From: Oscillospiraceae bacterium
Lineage (GTDB): Bacteria; Bacillota; Clostridia; Oscillospirales; Ruminococcaceae
NCBI GenBank assembly: GCA_017466865.1
Contig: JAFTTI010000014.1
Coordinates: 140,866-204,865, forward strand
DNA: 64,000 nucleotides
Direction of reading: 5' to 3'
The notes below the pieces were generated by a model. The model saw nothing but the letters and a program-made list of their open reading frames with translations. It searched no databases and had not been told where the DNA came from. The first letter of the stretch is position 1. Every line of letters starts with the position of its first letter. The position numbers were made by a program, and so were the translations under genes. Shown here one piece after another: positions 1 through 7,627 of the stretch.

Positions 1-39
1 ACAAAGTTGTATGATACTATTATAATAAGGATGCAATAA

Positions 40-298
40 TATCAAAATGCGTTGATGAGGAAGGCTGTTTTCACAGGTTTTGCCTTAAAGAGAGTTACAT
101 CACGGCTGAAAATGTAACGGCGGACAGAATTCAGTTACCACCTCTGAGTGTGCACGAAAGGTTTTCCGTAAGTGTAACGGGTCGCTTCCGTTATAAAGCG
201 TCAATGAGGTAAGGGGATTATTATGTCTCTTTGCGAACTTGGGTGGAACAGCGGTTATCATCGCCCCTTGGCTAATAGTCAGGGGGCGTTTTATTTTT
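40..298 (+). promoter_or_regulatory. T-box riboswitch leader with threonine (ACC) specifier and an intrinsic terminator
   Basis: Stem I base/K-turn GUUGAUGAGGAAGG (51-64). AGAGAG bay (89-94). The specifier-loop context GUU-ACC-A has ACC at 137-139, followed by CCUCUGAGUG, which can pair back to the stem base. T-box sequence AACUUGGGUGGAACAGCGG (~236-254) carries the UGGA bulge. The terminator is CGCCCC (262-267) / GGGGCG (283-288) plus a U-run to 298. A TATAAT -10 box lies at 21-26; its -35 falls off the window. Confidence 0.8.
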
Positions 299-318
299 AA
301 CAACAAGGGGGATTATCT

Positions 319-813
319 ATGACAAAAAGAAATTTCTGGGCAGATTTTTTCATCGCAGCAGCAGTATGTTTCGTTAATCTCATTATTTTCAGAGCGTTGT
401 TCCTTTTAGCAAGTGTGGTTCCGGTTGGGATTGTCTTCGTCATCATCGGTGCAATACTTGCTGTTGAAGCAGTTGTTTTTACAAAAAGAACAGGCAGAAC
501 GGTTATGTTTTCTGTAACCTCACTTATATATCAGTTTTTTTCATCTTTAACACTCGTTATTTATTCCTATTGTCTTTTTGATGGAATAATCTCTGCCGAG
601 GCTGATTCGGCATTCGCTACCGTTATGCAACTTTTAGGCGGACTTTTCACGGCTTTCGGCGTTATGGTCATGGCAATACTCACAGTTATCTCCTGTATTG
701 CAGTTTTTTTAGTTACAATAATTTCATCACTCATAACAAAGGCTGTTATGAATAAAAAAGAAAAATCTTCTGATGTTCCTCAGATTGAAACAACAGGGGA
801 GGATTTACAATGA
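319..813 (+). CDS. small polytopic membrane protein, member 1 of a 4-gene tandem array (unknown family)
   Basis: AAGGGGG RBS sits 7 nt upstream of the ATG. The 164-aa product is almost entirely hydrophobic with ~4-5 predicted TM helices. Its stop overlaps the next start (ATGA at 810-813). Confidence 0.7.
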   Translation: MTKRNFWADFFIAAAVCFVNLIIFRALFLLASVVPVGIVFVIIGAILAVEAVVFTKRTGRTVMFSVTSLIYQFFSSLTLVIYSYCLFDGIISAEADSAFATVMQLLGGLFTAFGVMVMAILTVISCIAVFLVTIISSLITKAVMNKKEKSSDVPQIETTGEDLQ

Positions 814-1295
814 AAAAACACGGAAAAGATATTTTATTCTGTGGATTGTTATGTTTAGGCTCATATGTAATTCCACTTCTTATGGGCTGGTTTGTTGAGG
901 CGATAACGGGAAGTTCGGATATCGGCGGAAATGTTATGTGTATACTTCTTGCCGTTTTTGGTGTTTTTTCTGTTGTTTTCTCTGTTTTCAAGGGGAAGAA
1001 TTTTCTTATCTACCCTGCGGTAAATCTGGTTGCTACATTTTTTATGGCAGTTATGGCAGGAATAAGCGTTGTAACAGACCTCGGCAATACAGAAGTAGTC
1101 ACCGACGGGACAGACCTTGAAACAATTCTTTCGATAGTTTCATCGGCTTTTTCTTCAGGACTTATAGTTATTCTAATAATAGCTGCCGTTGTGTTTGCAA
1201 CCGTTGCTTTTTTACAGACTTTCCTTATGTCCTTTATAGCTAAACATTTGTATGATAAAATGAATGGCAGAACTTCTGAACAGATGGAGGGGTAA
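810..1295 (+). CDS. small polytopic membrane protein, tandem paralog 2 of 4
   Basis: 161 aa. The N-terminus MKKHGKDILFCGLL, the LIYPAVN motif and the C-terminal HLYDK are shared with the next ORF. It is translationally coupled to its neighbours. Confidence 0.75.
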   Translation: MKKHGKDILFCGLLCLGSYVIPLLMGWFVEAITGSSDIGGNVMCILLAVFGVFSVVFSVFKGKNFLIYPAVNLVATFFMAVMAGISVVTDLGNTEVVTDGTDLETILSIVSSAFSSGLIVILIIAAVVFATVAFLQTFLMSFIAKHLYDKMNGRTSEQMEG

Positions 1296-1297
1296 GA

Positions 1298-1807
1298 ATG
1301 AAAAAACACGGAAAAGATATTTTTTTCTGCGCGATAGTTGCATTAGGTTCGTTTTTTGTTCCGCTTCTGATTAGTTTTATCTTTATGGCTATAACAGACA
1401 ACGAAGATATAGGAAGCATTATTTTCATATCGCTTCTTTTCGTATTCGGAATTGTAGCACCTATATTCTGCGTATGTATGAAAAAACATTATCTCATCTA
1501 TCCTGCTATCAATGCGGTTTGTTTTTCGATTATATCAATAAGCATATCGATAAGCATTGTAGCTCAATTTGCCCCTTATACTGTATGGCAGGACGGAAAT
1601 GAGTTTGAAACAGTTTTGTCGATATTTTTAGTTCCTCTCGCTATTGGGCTTATGGTTTTTCTTGTGGGAATTGCTATTGTGGTTTCACTCATCCTGTCGC
1701 TCGGAACATTACTCATATCCTATATATCAAAACTTATCTATGATAAAAAACATAAGAATGTTGAAACTATAAACAATACGGAGATTACAGAAAATGAAGG
1801 AACATAA
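1298..1807 (+). CDS. small polytopic membrane protein, tandem paralog 3 of 4
   Basis: 169 aa. MKKHGKDIFFCAIV, LIYPAIN and LIYDKK mark it as a clear paralog of 810-1295. The gap to the upstream gene is 2 nt. Confidence 0.75.
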   Translation: MKKHGKDIFFCAIVALGSFFVPLLISFIFMAITDNEDIGSIIFISLLFVFGIVAPIFCVCMKKHYLIYPAINAVCFSIISISISISIVAQFAPYTVWQDGNEFETVLSIFLVPLAIGLMVFLVGIAIVVSLILSLGTLLISYISKLIYDKKHKNVETINNTEITENEGT

Positions 1808-2273
1808 AAAAGACATCCTTGTCTGTATGGGGCTTTCGGCGGTGACCACCATTATTGCGCTTGTAATCATAACATTGTTTTATGACCATGATTACGGTAA
1901 AGTCACAAATAAGATAGTTCCTGTGATATATATTGTTTTACAGATGATAACATCTTTTGTTATGACTATGAAAACGAAAAAGTTAATGTTATGCCCTTTA
2001 TCACAACTTGTTTTCACAACTCTTTTAGGGATAACAGCACCGATACTTTTAATCGCTCTCGGAAGTTTAGCAAGCAGGTTTGACATACGCTTTCTGAAAG
2101 ACCTTTTTGCTATGTTTTTCGGTCCTGCTATTTTCTCGGGATTTGTTGCTGTTGTGTATATGATAGAATATGCTGTTGTTACAACGACATCATTTGTATT
2201 TTCGACAATAACCGCTTTACTTACAGGCGGATTGATTAAAATAAGTGAAAAAAATTCTGAAAGGAAGATTTAA
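1794..2273 (+). CDS. small polytopic membrane protein, tandem paralog 4 of 4 (more diverged)
   Basis: 159 aa starting MKEHKKDILVC, with the same length and hydropathy pattern as the others. It overlaps the upstream gene by 14 nt and ends 1 nt before the thrS ATG. Confidence 0.7.
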   Translation: MKEHKKDILVCMGLSAVTTIIALVIITLFYDHDYGKVTNKIVPVIYIVLQMITSFVMTMKTKKLMLCPLSQLVFTTLLGITAPILLIALGSLASRFDIRFLKDLFAMFFGPAIFSGFVAVVYMIEYAVVTTTSFVFSTITALLTGGLIKISEKNSERKI

Positions 2274-2274
2274 T

Positions 2275-4218
2275 ATGGTTAAATTAACACTCAAAGACGG
2301 CTCTGTCAAGGAAGTTGAAAACGGACTTACTTATGCCGAAATCATCAAGGGAATAGGAATGGGACTTTACAAGGCGGCTTGTTGTGTTAAAATCAACGGA
2401 CAGGTTAAAGACCTTCGTGACATCGCTGACACAGACGGAATGTTTGAAGTATGCACATTCGACTCAAACGACGGTAAGCTCGCTTTCCGCCACACAGCAT
2501 CACACCTTCTCGCAGAAGCTGTAAAGAGCCTTTATCCCGAAGCTAAACTTGCTCGTGGTCCTGCTACTGACAGCGGTTTCTACTATGACTTTGAAGTTGC
2601 AAAGCCTTTCACACCAGATGATCTTGACAAAATCGAGGCTGAAATGAAGCGTCTTGCAAAACTCTCTGAAGATGTTGAAAGATTCGAACTTTCTACCGAA
2701 GAAGCAATCAAACTTATGGAAGAAAAGGGCGAAATCTATAAGGTTGAACTCATCAAAAAGCACGACGACCTCGGTGAAAAACTCACATTCTACCGCCAGG
2801 GCGAATTTGTTGACCTCTGCGCAGGACCCCACATTATGAACACAGGCGTAATCAAGGCAGTAAAACTCACACAGTGCACAGGCGCTTACTGGGGCAAGGC
2901 GGAAGATGGCAAACAGCTTTCCCGTGTTTACGGAACAGCTTTCCCCAAGGCTTCTGAACTTGAAGAATTCCTCAAGGCTCAGGAAGAAGCAAAACTCCGT
3001 GACCATAACAAACTCGGAAGAGAACTCGAATATTTCACAACTGTTGACTATATCGGACAGGGACTTCCCATTATGCTCCCCAAGGGCGCAAGAGTTATCC
3101 AGCTTTTACAGCGTTGGGTTGAAGATGTTGAACAGGCACACGGATGCCTCCTCACAAAAACACCCCTTATGGCTAAAAGAGATCTCTATAAGATTTCGGG
3201 ACATTGGGATCATTACCGCGACGGAATGTTCATTATGGGCGATGCCGAAGATGAATCAAAGGAATGTTTTGCACTCCGTCCTATGACTTGTCCTTTCCAG
3301 TATCAGGTTTTCTTAAACAGACAGCGTTCTTATCGTGACCTTCCTATGCGTCTTACTGAAACATCAACACTTTTCAGAAATGAAGACAGTGGCGAAATGC
3401 ACGGCCTTATCCGTGTCCGTCAGTTCACTATCTCTGAAGGACACTACATTCTCCGCCCCGAACAGCTTGAAGAAGAATTTGCACAGTGCCTCGAACTCGC
3501 AAAATACTTCCTCGATAAAGTAGGACTTTTAGGCGACTGCACATTCCGTTTCTCACAGTGGGATCCCGCTAATCCCAAGAATAAATATGAGGGAACAGCT
3601 GAACAGTGGGAAGAAGCACAGGCTACTATGAAGAAAATTCTCGATAATCTCGGCGTTGAATACGATATCGGAATTGACGAAGCCGCTTTCTATGGCCCTA
3701 AACTCGATATTCAGTATAAGAATGTTTACGGAAAAGAAGATACACTCGTAACAATTCAGATAGATATGCTTCTCGCAAAGAAATTCGGTATGGAATATAT
3801 TGATGTTGACGGACAGAAGAAAAACCCCTATATCATCCATAGAACATCACTCGGATGCTTTGAAAGAACTCTCGCTTATATGATTGAACATTTCGCAGGT
3901 GCACTTCCTCTCTGGCTTTCACCCACACAGGTTATGATTATGCCTATTGCAGACAGACAGCTTGATTTTGCTTATGATGTTAAGAAAAAGCTCGAAGCAG
4001 AGGGTTTACGCGTTGAGGTTGACGACAGAAGCGAAAAGATAGGCTATAAGATCCGTTCAGCACAGCTTGAAAAAATCCCTTATATGCTCGTTATCGGGGA
4101 TAAGGAAATGGAAGCGGGAACAGTTTCTCTTCGTTCGAGAAAAGAAGGCGACCTCGGTGCTATGCCTGTTGCGGATGTTGTTAATAAGATCTCGCTTGAA
4201 AATAAAGAAAGAGTTTAA
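2275..4218 (+). CDS. thrS: threonine--tRNA ligase
   Basis: 647 aa with a TGS-like N-terminus (MVKLTLKDGSVKEV), an editing-domain HTASH motif, class II core motifs (FRNEDSGEMHGLIRVRQF, HRTSLG) and an anticodon-binding C-terminus. The start was re-picked at ATG 2275 behind AAAGGAAG; the ORF-track GTG at 2245 overlaps the upstream gene. Confidence 0.97.
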   Translation: MVKLTLKDGSVKEVENGLTYAEIIKGIGMGLYKAACCVKINGQVKDLRDIADTDGMFEVCTFDSNDGKLAFRHTASHLLAEAVKSLYPEAKLARGPATDSGFYYDFEVAKPFTPDDLDKIEAEMKRLAKLSEDVERFELSTEEAIKLMEEKGEIYKVELIKKHDDLGEKLTFYRQGEFVDLCAGPHIMNTGVIKAVKLTQCTGAYWGKAEDGKQLSRVYGTAFPKASELEEFLKAQEEAKLRDHNKLGRELEYFTTVDYIGQGLPIMLPKGARVIQLLQRWVEDVEQAHGCLLTKTPLMAKRDLYKISGHWDHYRDGMFIMGDAEDESKECFALRPMTCPFQYQVFLNRQRSYRDLPMRLTETSTLFRNEDSGEMHGLIRVRQFTISEGHYILRPEQLEEEFAQCLELAKYFLDKVGLLGDCTFRFSQWDPANPKNKYEGTAEQWEEAQATMKKILDNLGVEYDIGIDEAAFYGPKLDIQYKNVYGKEDTLVTIQIDMLLAKKFGMEYIDVDGQKKNPYIIHRTSLGCFERTLAYMIEHFAGALPLWLSPTQVMIMPIADRQLDFAYDVKKKLEAEGLRVEVDDRSEKIGYKIRSAQLEKIPYMLVIGDKEMEAGTVSLRSRKEGDLGAMPVADVVNKISLENKERV

Positions 4219-4246
4219 CCCCTTATATATAATGTATATAATAAAA

Positions 4247-4292
4247 AGGTGTTTCCGCTGATAAAAACGGCGGAAATACCACCTTATTTTTG
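4247..4292 (+). terminator. intrinsic terminator after thrS
   Basis: GC-containing hairpin (GTTTCCGC ... GCGGAAA) followed by a T-run. Confidence 0.6.
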
Positions 4293-4509
4293 TTACCGTT
4301 TTGTAATAATTAGGCTAAAAGCGGTGAGAAATCGGGTGTTTTTGTTGAAATTTAGTTAGTTTTGATAATGAAAACGATTAAACTTTATGCAGTATGCACA
4401 TTGACACCCGTAACTGAAAAATGCTAAACTAATAGCGTAATATACGGGGTGATATGCGCCGTGTGTTAGATAAAACAAAAAAACAACAAAACAAAGGAGG
4501 ACTTTTTTC

Positions 4510-5862
4510 ATGAACATGAAAAAGACACTTGCTGGTCTTATGGCTGGCGTAGTAGCTATCTCAGCTATGGCTACAGTAGCAGTTTCTGCTAAGGCTCAGG
4601 AAGCTAAGGAAATCACTTGGTCAACAATGGCTAAGGAAGACACAGCTGCTGAAACAATCGTATACGTAACAATTCCTCAGGCTGATCTTGCTGCTGTTTG
4701 GGTTGCTGATCTTGGTATCGAACTCAATTGGAAGAATGCTCCTGCAGGTGCTGCTTCAGTAGACGACCTCGAAATCGTTGAAATCACAAAGGTTACAAAC
4801 CGTAAGGCTGGTAACGCTACAGTTGAAGACGAAGATCTTAACAGACTTTACGATGTAGTTGCAGTTGCTGGTAAGAAGAATGTTATCAAGTTCACAACAG
4901 GCCCTATCGATGCTGGTGCTGAAGTTGAACTCGCTATCAAGGTTAAGGCTCCCGCAGGCGTTGACATTGCTAAGAACTCAATTAGCGCTAAGGATGTTGC
5001 AACTTTCACTGACCTTGACACTGATGCTGACGGCAATTTAACAGCTACAGCTGTTACAAATGGCCAGAAGACACCTGCTGCTACAAACGTTAAGAAGGAT
5101 GCTGACGAAACTAAGAAGGGTGCTCTTCTCAACAAGGCTGGTCTCCAGGGCGTAGATGTAATTGATGATCCTATCATTTACATCGCAGATATCGACGAAG
5201 TAATCACAGACCACATGAACAAGGTTAGACACCTCGAAGTAGCTTCAGAAATCGCTGACGAACTCGCTGACGCTAAGGGTGCTACAATCTCATTCAACTT
5301 CTCTAAGGAAGACATCGACAGCGGAGCATCAACTAAGGAATTTGAAACTTGGACAAACAGATATGACTGGGATAGCTCAAACGCTAGATCAGCTATCTCA
5401 CTCAGAGTTAACAACTCAACAAAGCTCTCAGTTGACATGATGGAATTCGACAAGGAAAACTTCTCAGCTGTTTACTCATGGGATGAAGTAATGGGTCAGT
5501 TCCAGGTTGGTTCATTCACAGGTCTCGTACACACAATGGGCCTCAAGATCGACAACTCTAAGCTCCCTGACAAGAAGGATAAGGACGAAGTTATCGACCT
5601 CAGACTCGAATCAATCACAATCAAGGTTCCTGAAATGGCTGAAACAGAAGACGATACAATGATCGGCGACTTCGCTGCTGGCGAATCAGCTACAGTTGTT
5701 GAAGATACACTTCCTGCAGCTACAGACGCTCCTGCAGCTACAGACGCTCCTGCAACAACAGACGCTGCTGATAACCCTGAAACAGGTAACTCAGCTGCTG
5801 CTCTCCTCGCTATCCCTGCTGCACTCGCTGCTGCTGCTATCGTAGCTAAGAAGAGAGGCTAA
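4510..5862 (+). CDS. secreted cell-surface protein with a sortase-type C-terminal sorting signal (NPETG); family unknown
   Basis: Strong RBS AAAGGAGGA. Signal peptide MNMKKTLAGLMAGVVAISAMATVAVSA. The C-terminus is NPETG, then the hydrophobic helix SAAALLAIPAALAAAAIVA, then KKRG. Codon usage is strongly biased (GCT, GAA, AAG, ACA) like nifJ, glnA and hydA, which suggests high expression. Confidence 0.8.
   Translation: MNMKKTLAGLMAGVVAISAMATVAVSAKAQEAKEITWSTMAKEDTAAETIVYVTIPQADLAAVWVADLGIELNWKNAPAGAASVDDLEIVEITKVTNRKAGNATVEDEDLNRLYDVVAVAGKKNVIKFTTGPIDAGAEVELAIKVKAPAGVDIAKNSISAKDVATFTDLDTDADGNLTATAVTNGQKTPAATNVKKDADETKKGALLNKAGLQGVDVIDDPIIYIADIDEVITDHMNKVRHLEVASEIADELADAKGATISFNFSKEDIDSGASTKEFETWTNRYDWDSSNARSAISLRVNNSTKLSVDMMEFDKENFSAVYSWDEVMGQFQVGSFTGLVHTMGLKIDNSKLPDKKDKDEVIDLRLESITIKVPEMAETEDDTMIGDFAAGESATVVEDTLPAATDAPAATDAPATTDAADNPETGNSAAALLAIPAALAAAAIVAKKRG
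5713..5766 (+). repeat. 18-bp tandem repeat x3 (coding, PAATDA linker)
   Basis: The sequence reads cctgcagctacagacgct, cctgcagctacagacgct, cctgcaacaacagacgct. It lies inside the surface-protein CDS just before the sorting signal. Confidence 0.85.
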
Positions 5863-5904
5863 TTCTTAAGTTCATAACTTAAGTAAACCACATCAAGCAT
5901 TATT

Positions 5905-5936
5905 CCCCGACCTTTCGAGGTCGGGGATTTTGTTTT
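5905..5936 (+). terminator. intrinsic terminator
   Basis: Hairpin CCCCGACCT-TTCG-AGGTCGGGG followed by a T-run. Confidence 0.85.
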
Positions 5937-6015
5937 ATTATGTAAAATGCCTTATAGCTATTGCAAATCAAAGAAATCTGTGATAAAATAATAGGGGTAT
6001 AATTTTATCGAAAGG

Positions 6016-7515
6016 ATGAAAAAAATGAAAAACAGATTTTTAAATAAGATTTCAAAAATCGCTGTGGCTTCTTTCTTTGTTGGCTCAGTTGCATTGAGTT
6101 CGCTTAACATTGATGTTTTCGCCGCAAGAAAATACACAGAAACACATGACCTTAACGATGATATTTCGTATACATATAAAGATGTCGATTATGACGGTGA
6201 ATTCGATACTCTTATCATTGAGGGCGATGGTCCTATGCCGACATTCAAGAATACGGATGCTCCTTGGGGTATTGAAAGATATCACATTGAAGAAGTTATT
6301 ATCGAAGACGGAGTAAAGTCGATAAGCGATAATGCATTCTATGAGTTTGATGTTCTTAAAGAAATCGAAATTCCCGATAGCGTAAGAATTATCGGTGAGG
6401 GTGCTTTTTATAAGTGCGTAAGACTTCAAAGAATCAGAATTCCTGATTCTGTGAGCATTATTGAATCGAATTCATTTGGTGGATGTTATGAAATCAAAAC
6501 TATTACTATCCCCGAAGGTGTAACAGAAATTGGAAGCAGCGCTTTTATCTATTGTCTTAAACTTGAAAAGGTAATATTTGAGGGTAATGATGTTGAAGTC
6601 ATCGACTCAGCGGCTTTTTTCGGATGTGCTATCGAAGAACTTGAAATTCCTGACGGTGTTGAGAGGATCAAAGAAAACGCATTCAGCAACTGTAAAGAAC
6701 TTAAAAAAGTTATCATTCCTGAAAGTGTTGTAAGAATAGATACAAAGGCATTTGATAACTGTAAAGCTCTCAGAGCGTTTGAAGTTGACTGCAGATCAAT
6801 CCTTGAATATGATGATAATTGGGGATTTGATGAAAAATATTTCATTAAGGAACATAACTACAGAAACGGAACATGCACAATCTGTCATGAAGATGAAGAA
6901 GATTTATCTGACAATACAGAATATGTTGACTGGGAATATATAGTTGAAAATACAGAGTATACTTTCGGAACAACAACATATGATGTTAAAATGAGCTCAA
7001 GAAATACAGTTGTTCCTTATGATGTTTTCGATGTTCTTAAAGGAAAAAATGTCGTTCTCAATATTAAGGTCGACAATACTTTCTCGTGGTCGATAAAGGG
7101 TAAGGATATTAAAACTCCCAGAGAAATAGATCTCGGCGTTGAAATTTCAGATAAGAAAATTCCTCTTAATGTAATGAGCGAATACACAAAGGATTATAAT
7201 TATACAGAGCTTGAACTCAGCGGAAGCGGAAATTTCGGCCTTGAAGCAGAGCTTACTATTGATGTCGGAACTATAAACAACGGAAATAAGGTTGACCTTT
7301 ATTATTACGATCCTGATGATGCTGATTCGCTTGAATTTATAGCAAGTTCAGAGGTTAAAAATGGTAAGGTTACACTTCCTTTCACTCATGCGTCAAAGTA
7401 TGTTATTGATATGTATAAAGATAAAGCAAAAGATGATGACGATGACAATAATTCTTTTGGATTCGATGATTTTGCCGCAGGTGAAAATGTAATTGTAAAA
7501 GAAATCATTCTTTAA
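6016..7515 (+). CDS. secreted leucine-rich-repeat protein (BspA/LRR_5-type repeats)
   Basis: An N-terminal signal/anchor is present. About 7 repeats of ~23 aa follow the pattern I.IPDSV..IG..AF..C..L (e.g. EIEIPDSVRIIGEGAFYKCVRLQRIRIPDSVSIIESNSFGGC). The C-terminal ~200 aa are beta-rich. The start could instead be ATG 6025. Confidence 0.8.
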   Translation: MKKMKNRFLNKISKIAVASFFVGSVALSSLNIDVFAARKYTETHDLNDDISYTYKDVDYDGEFDTLIIEGDGPMPTFKNTDAPWGIERYHIEEVIIEDGVKSISDNAFYEFDVLKEIEIPDSVRIIGEGAFYKCVRLQRIRIPDSVSIIESNSFGGCYEIKTITIPEGVTEIGSSAFIYCLKLEKVIFEGNDVEVIDSAAFFGCAIEELEIPDGVERIKENAFSNCKELKKVIIPESVVRIDTKAFDNCKALRAFEVDCRSILEYDDNWGFDEKYFIKEHNYRNGTCTICHEDEEDLSDNTEYVDWEYIVENTEYTFGTTTYDVKMSSRNTVVPYDVFDVLKGKNVVLNIKVDNTFSWSIKGKDIKTPREIDLGVEISDKKIPLNVMSEYTKDYNYTELELSGSGNFGLEAELTIDVGTINNGNKVDLYYYDPDDADSLEFIASSEVKNGKVTLPFTHASKYVIDMYKDKAKDDDDDNNSFGFDDFAAGENVIVKEIIL

Positions 7516-7520
7516 ATAAA

Positions 7521-7554
7521 AAAATCCTCCTGTTAGAAGCAGGAGGATTTTTTC
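7521..7554 (+). terminator. intrinsic terminator after the LRR protein gene
   Basis: Hairpin ATCCTCCTG-loop-CAGGAGGAT followed by TTTTTT. Confidence 0.85.
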
Positions 7555-7575
7555 TGATCTGATTTAAGTATAAAT

Positions 7576-7608
7576 AAAAAGCTCTCGGATTTCTCCGAGA
7601 GCTTTTTT
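7576..7608. terminator. bidirectional intrinsic terminator (serves nifJ on the minus strand)
   Basis: AAAAAGCTCTCGGA-TTTC-TCCGAGAGCTTTTTT, with A/T runs on both sides. Confidence 0.85.
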
Positions 7609-7627
7609 ATTTGTGAGATTCTGTGAA

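Noticed and set aside
100-306. 68-aa minus-strand ORF at the left edge
   Set aside because: It lies entirely within the T-box leader and terminator structure on the opposite strand, and it has no RBS. The RNA element explains the region.
2245-2274. N-terminal extension of thrS from GTG 2245 (ORF track)
   Set aside because: The extension overlaps the last 29 nt of the upstream membrane gene. ATG 2275 has a properly spaced AAAGGAAG RBS and gives the canonical MVKLTLKDGS N-terminus.
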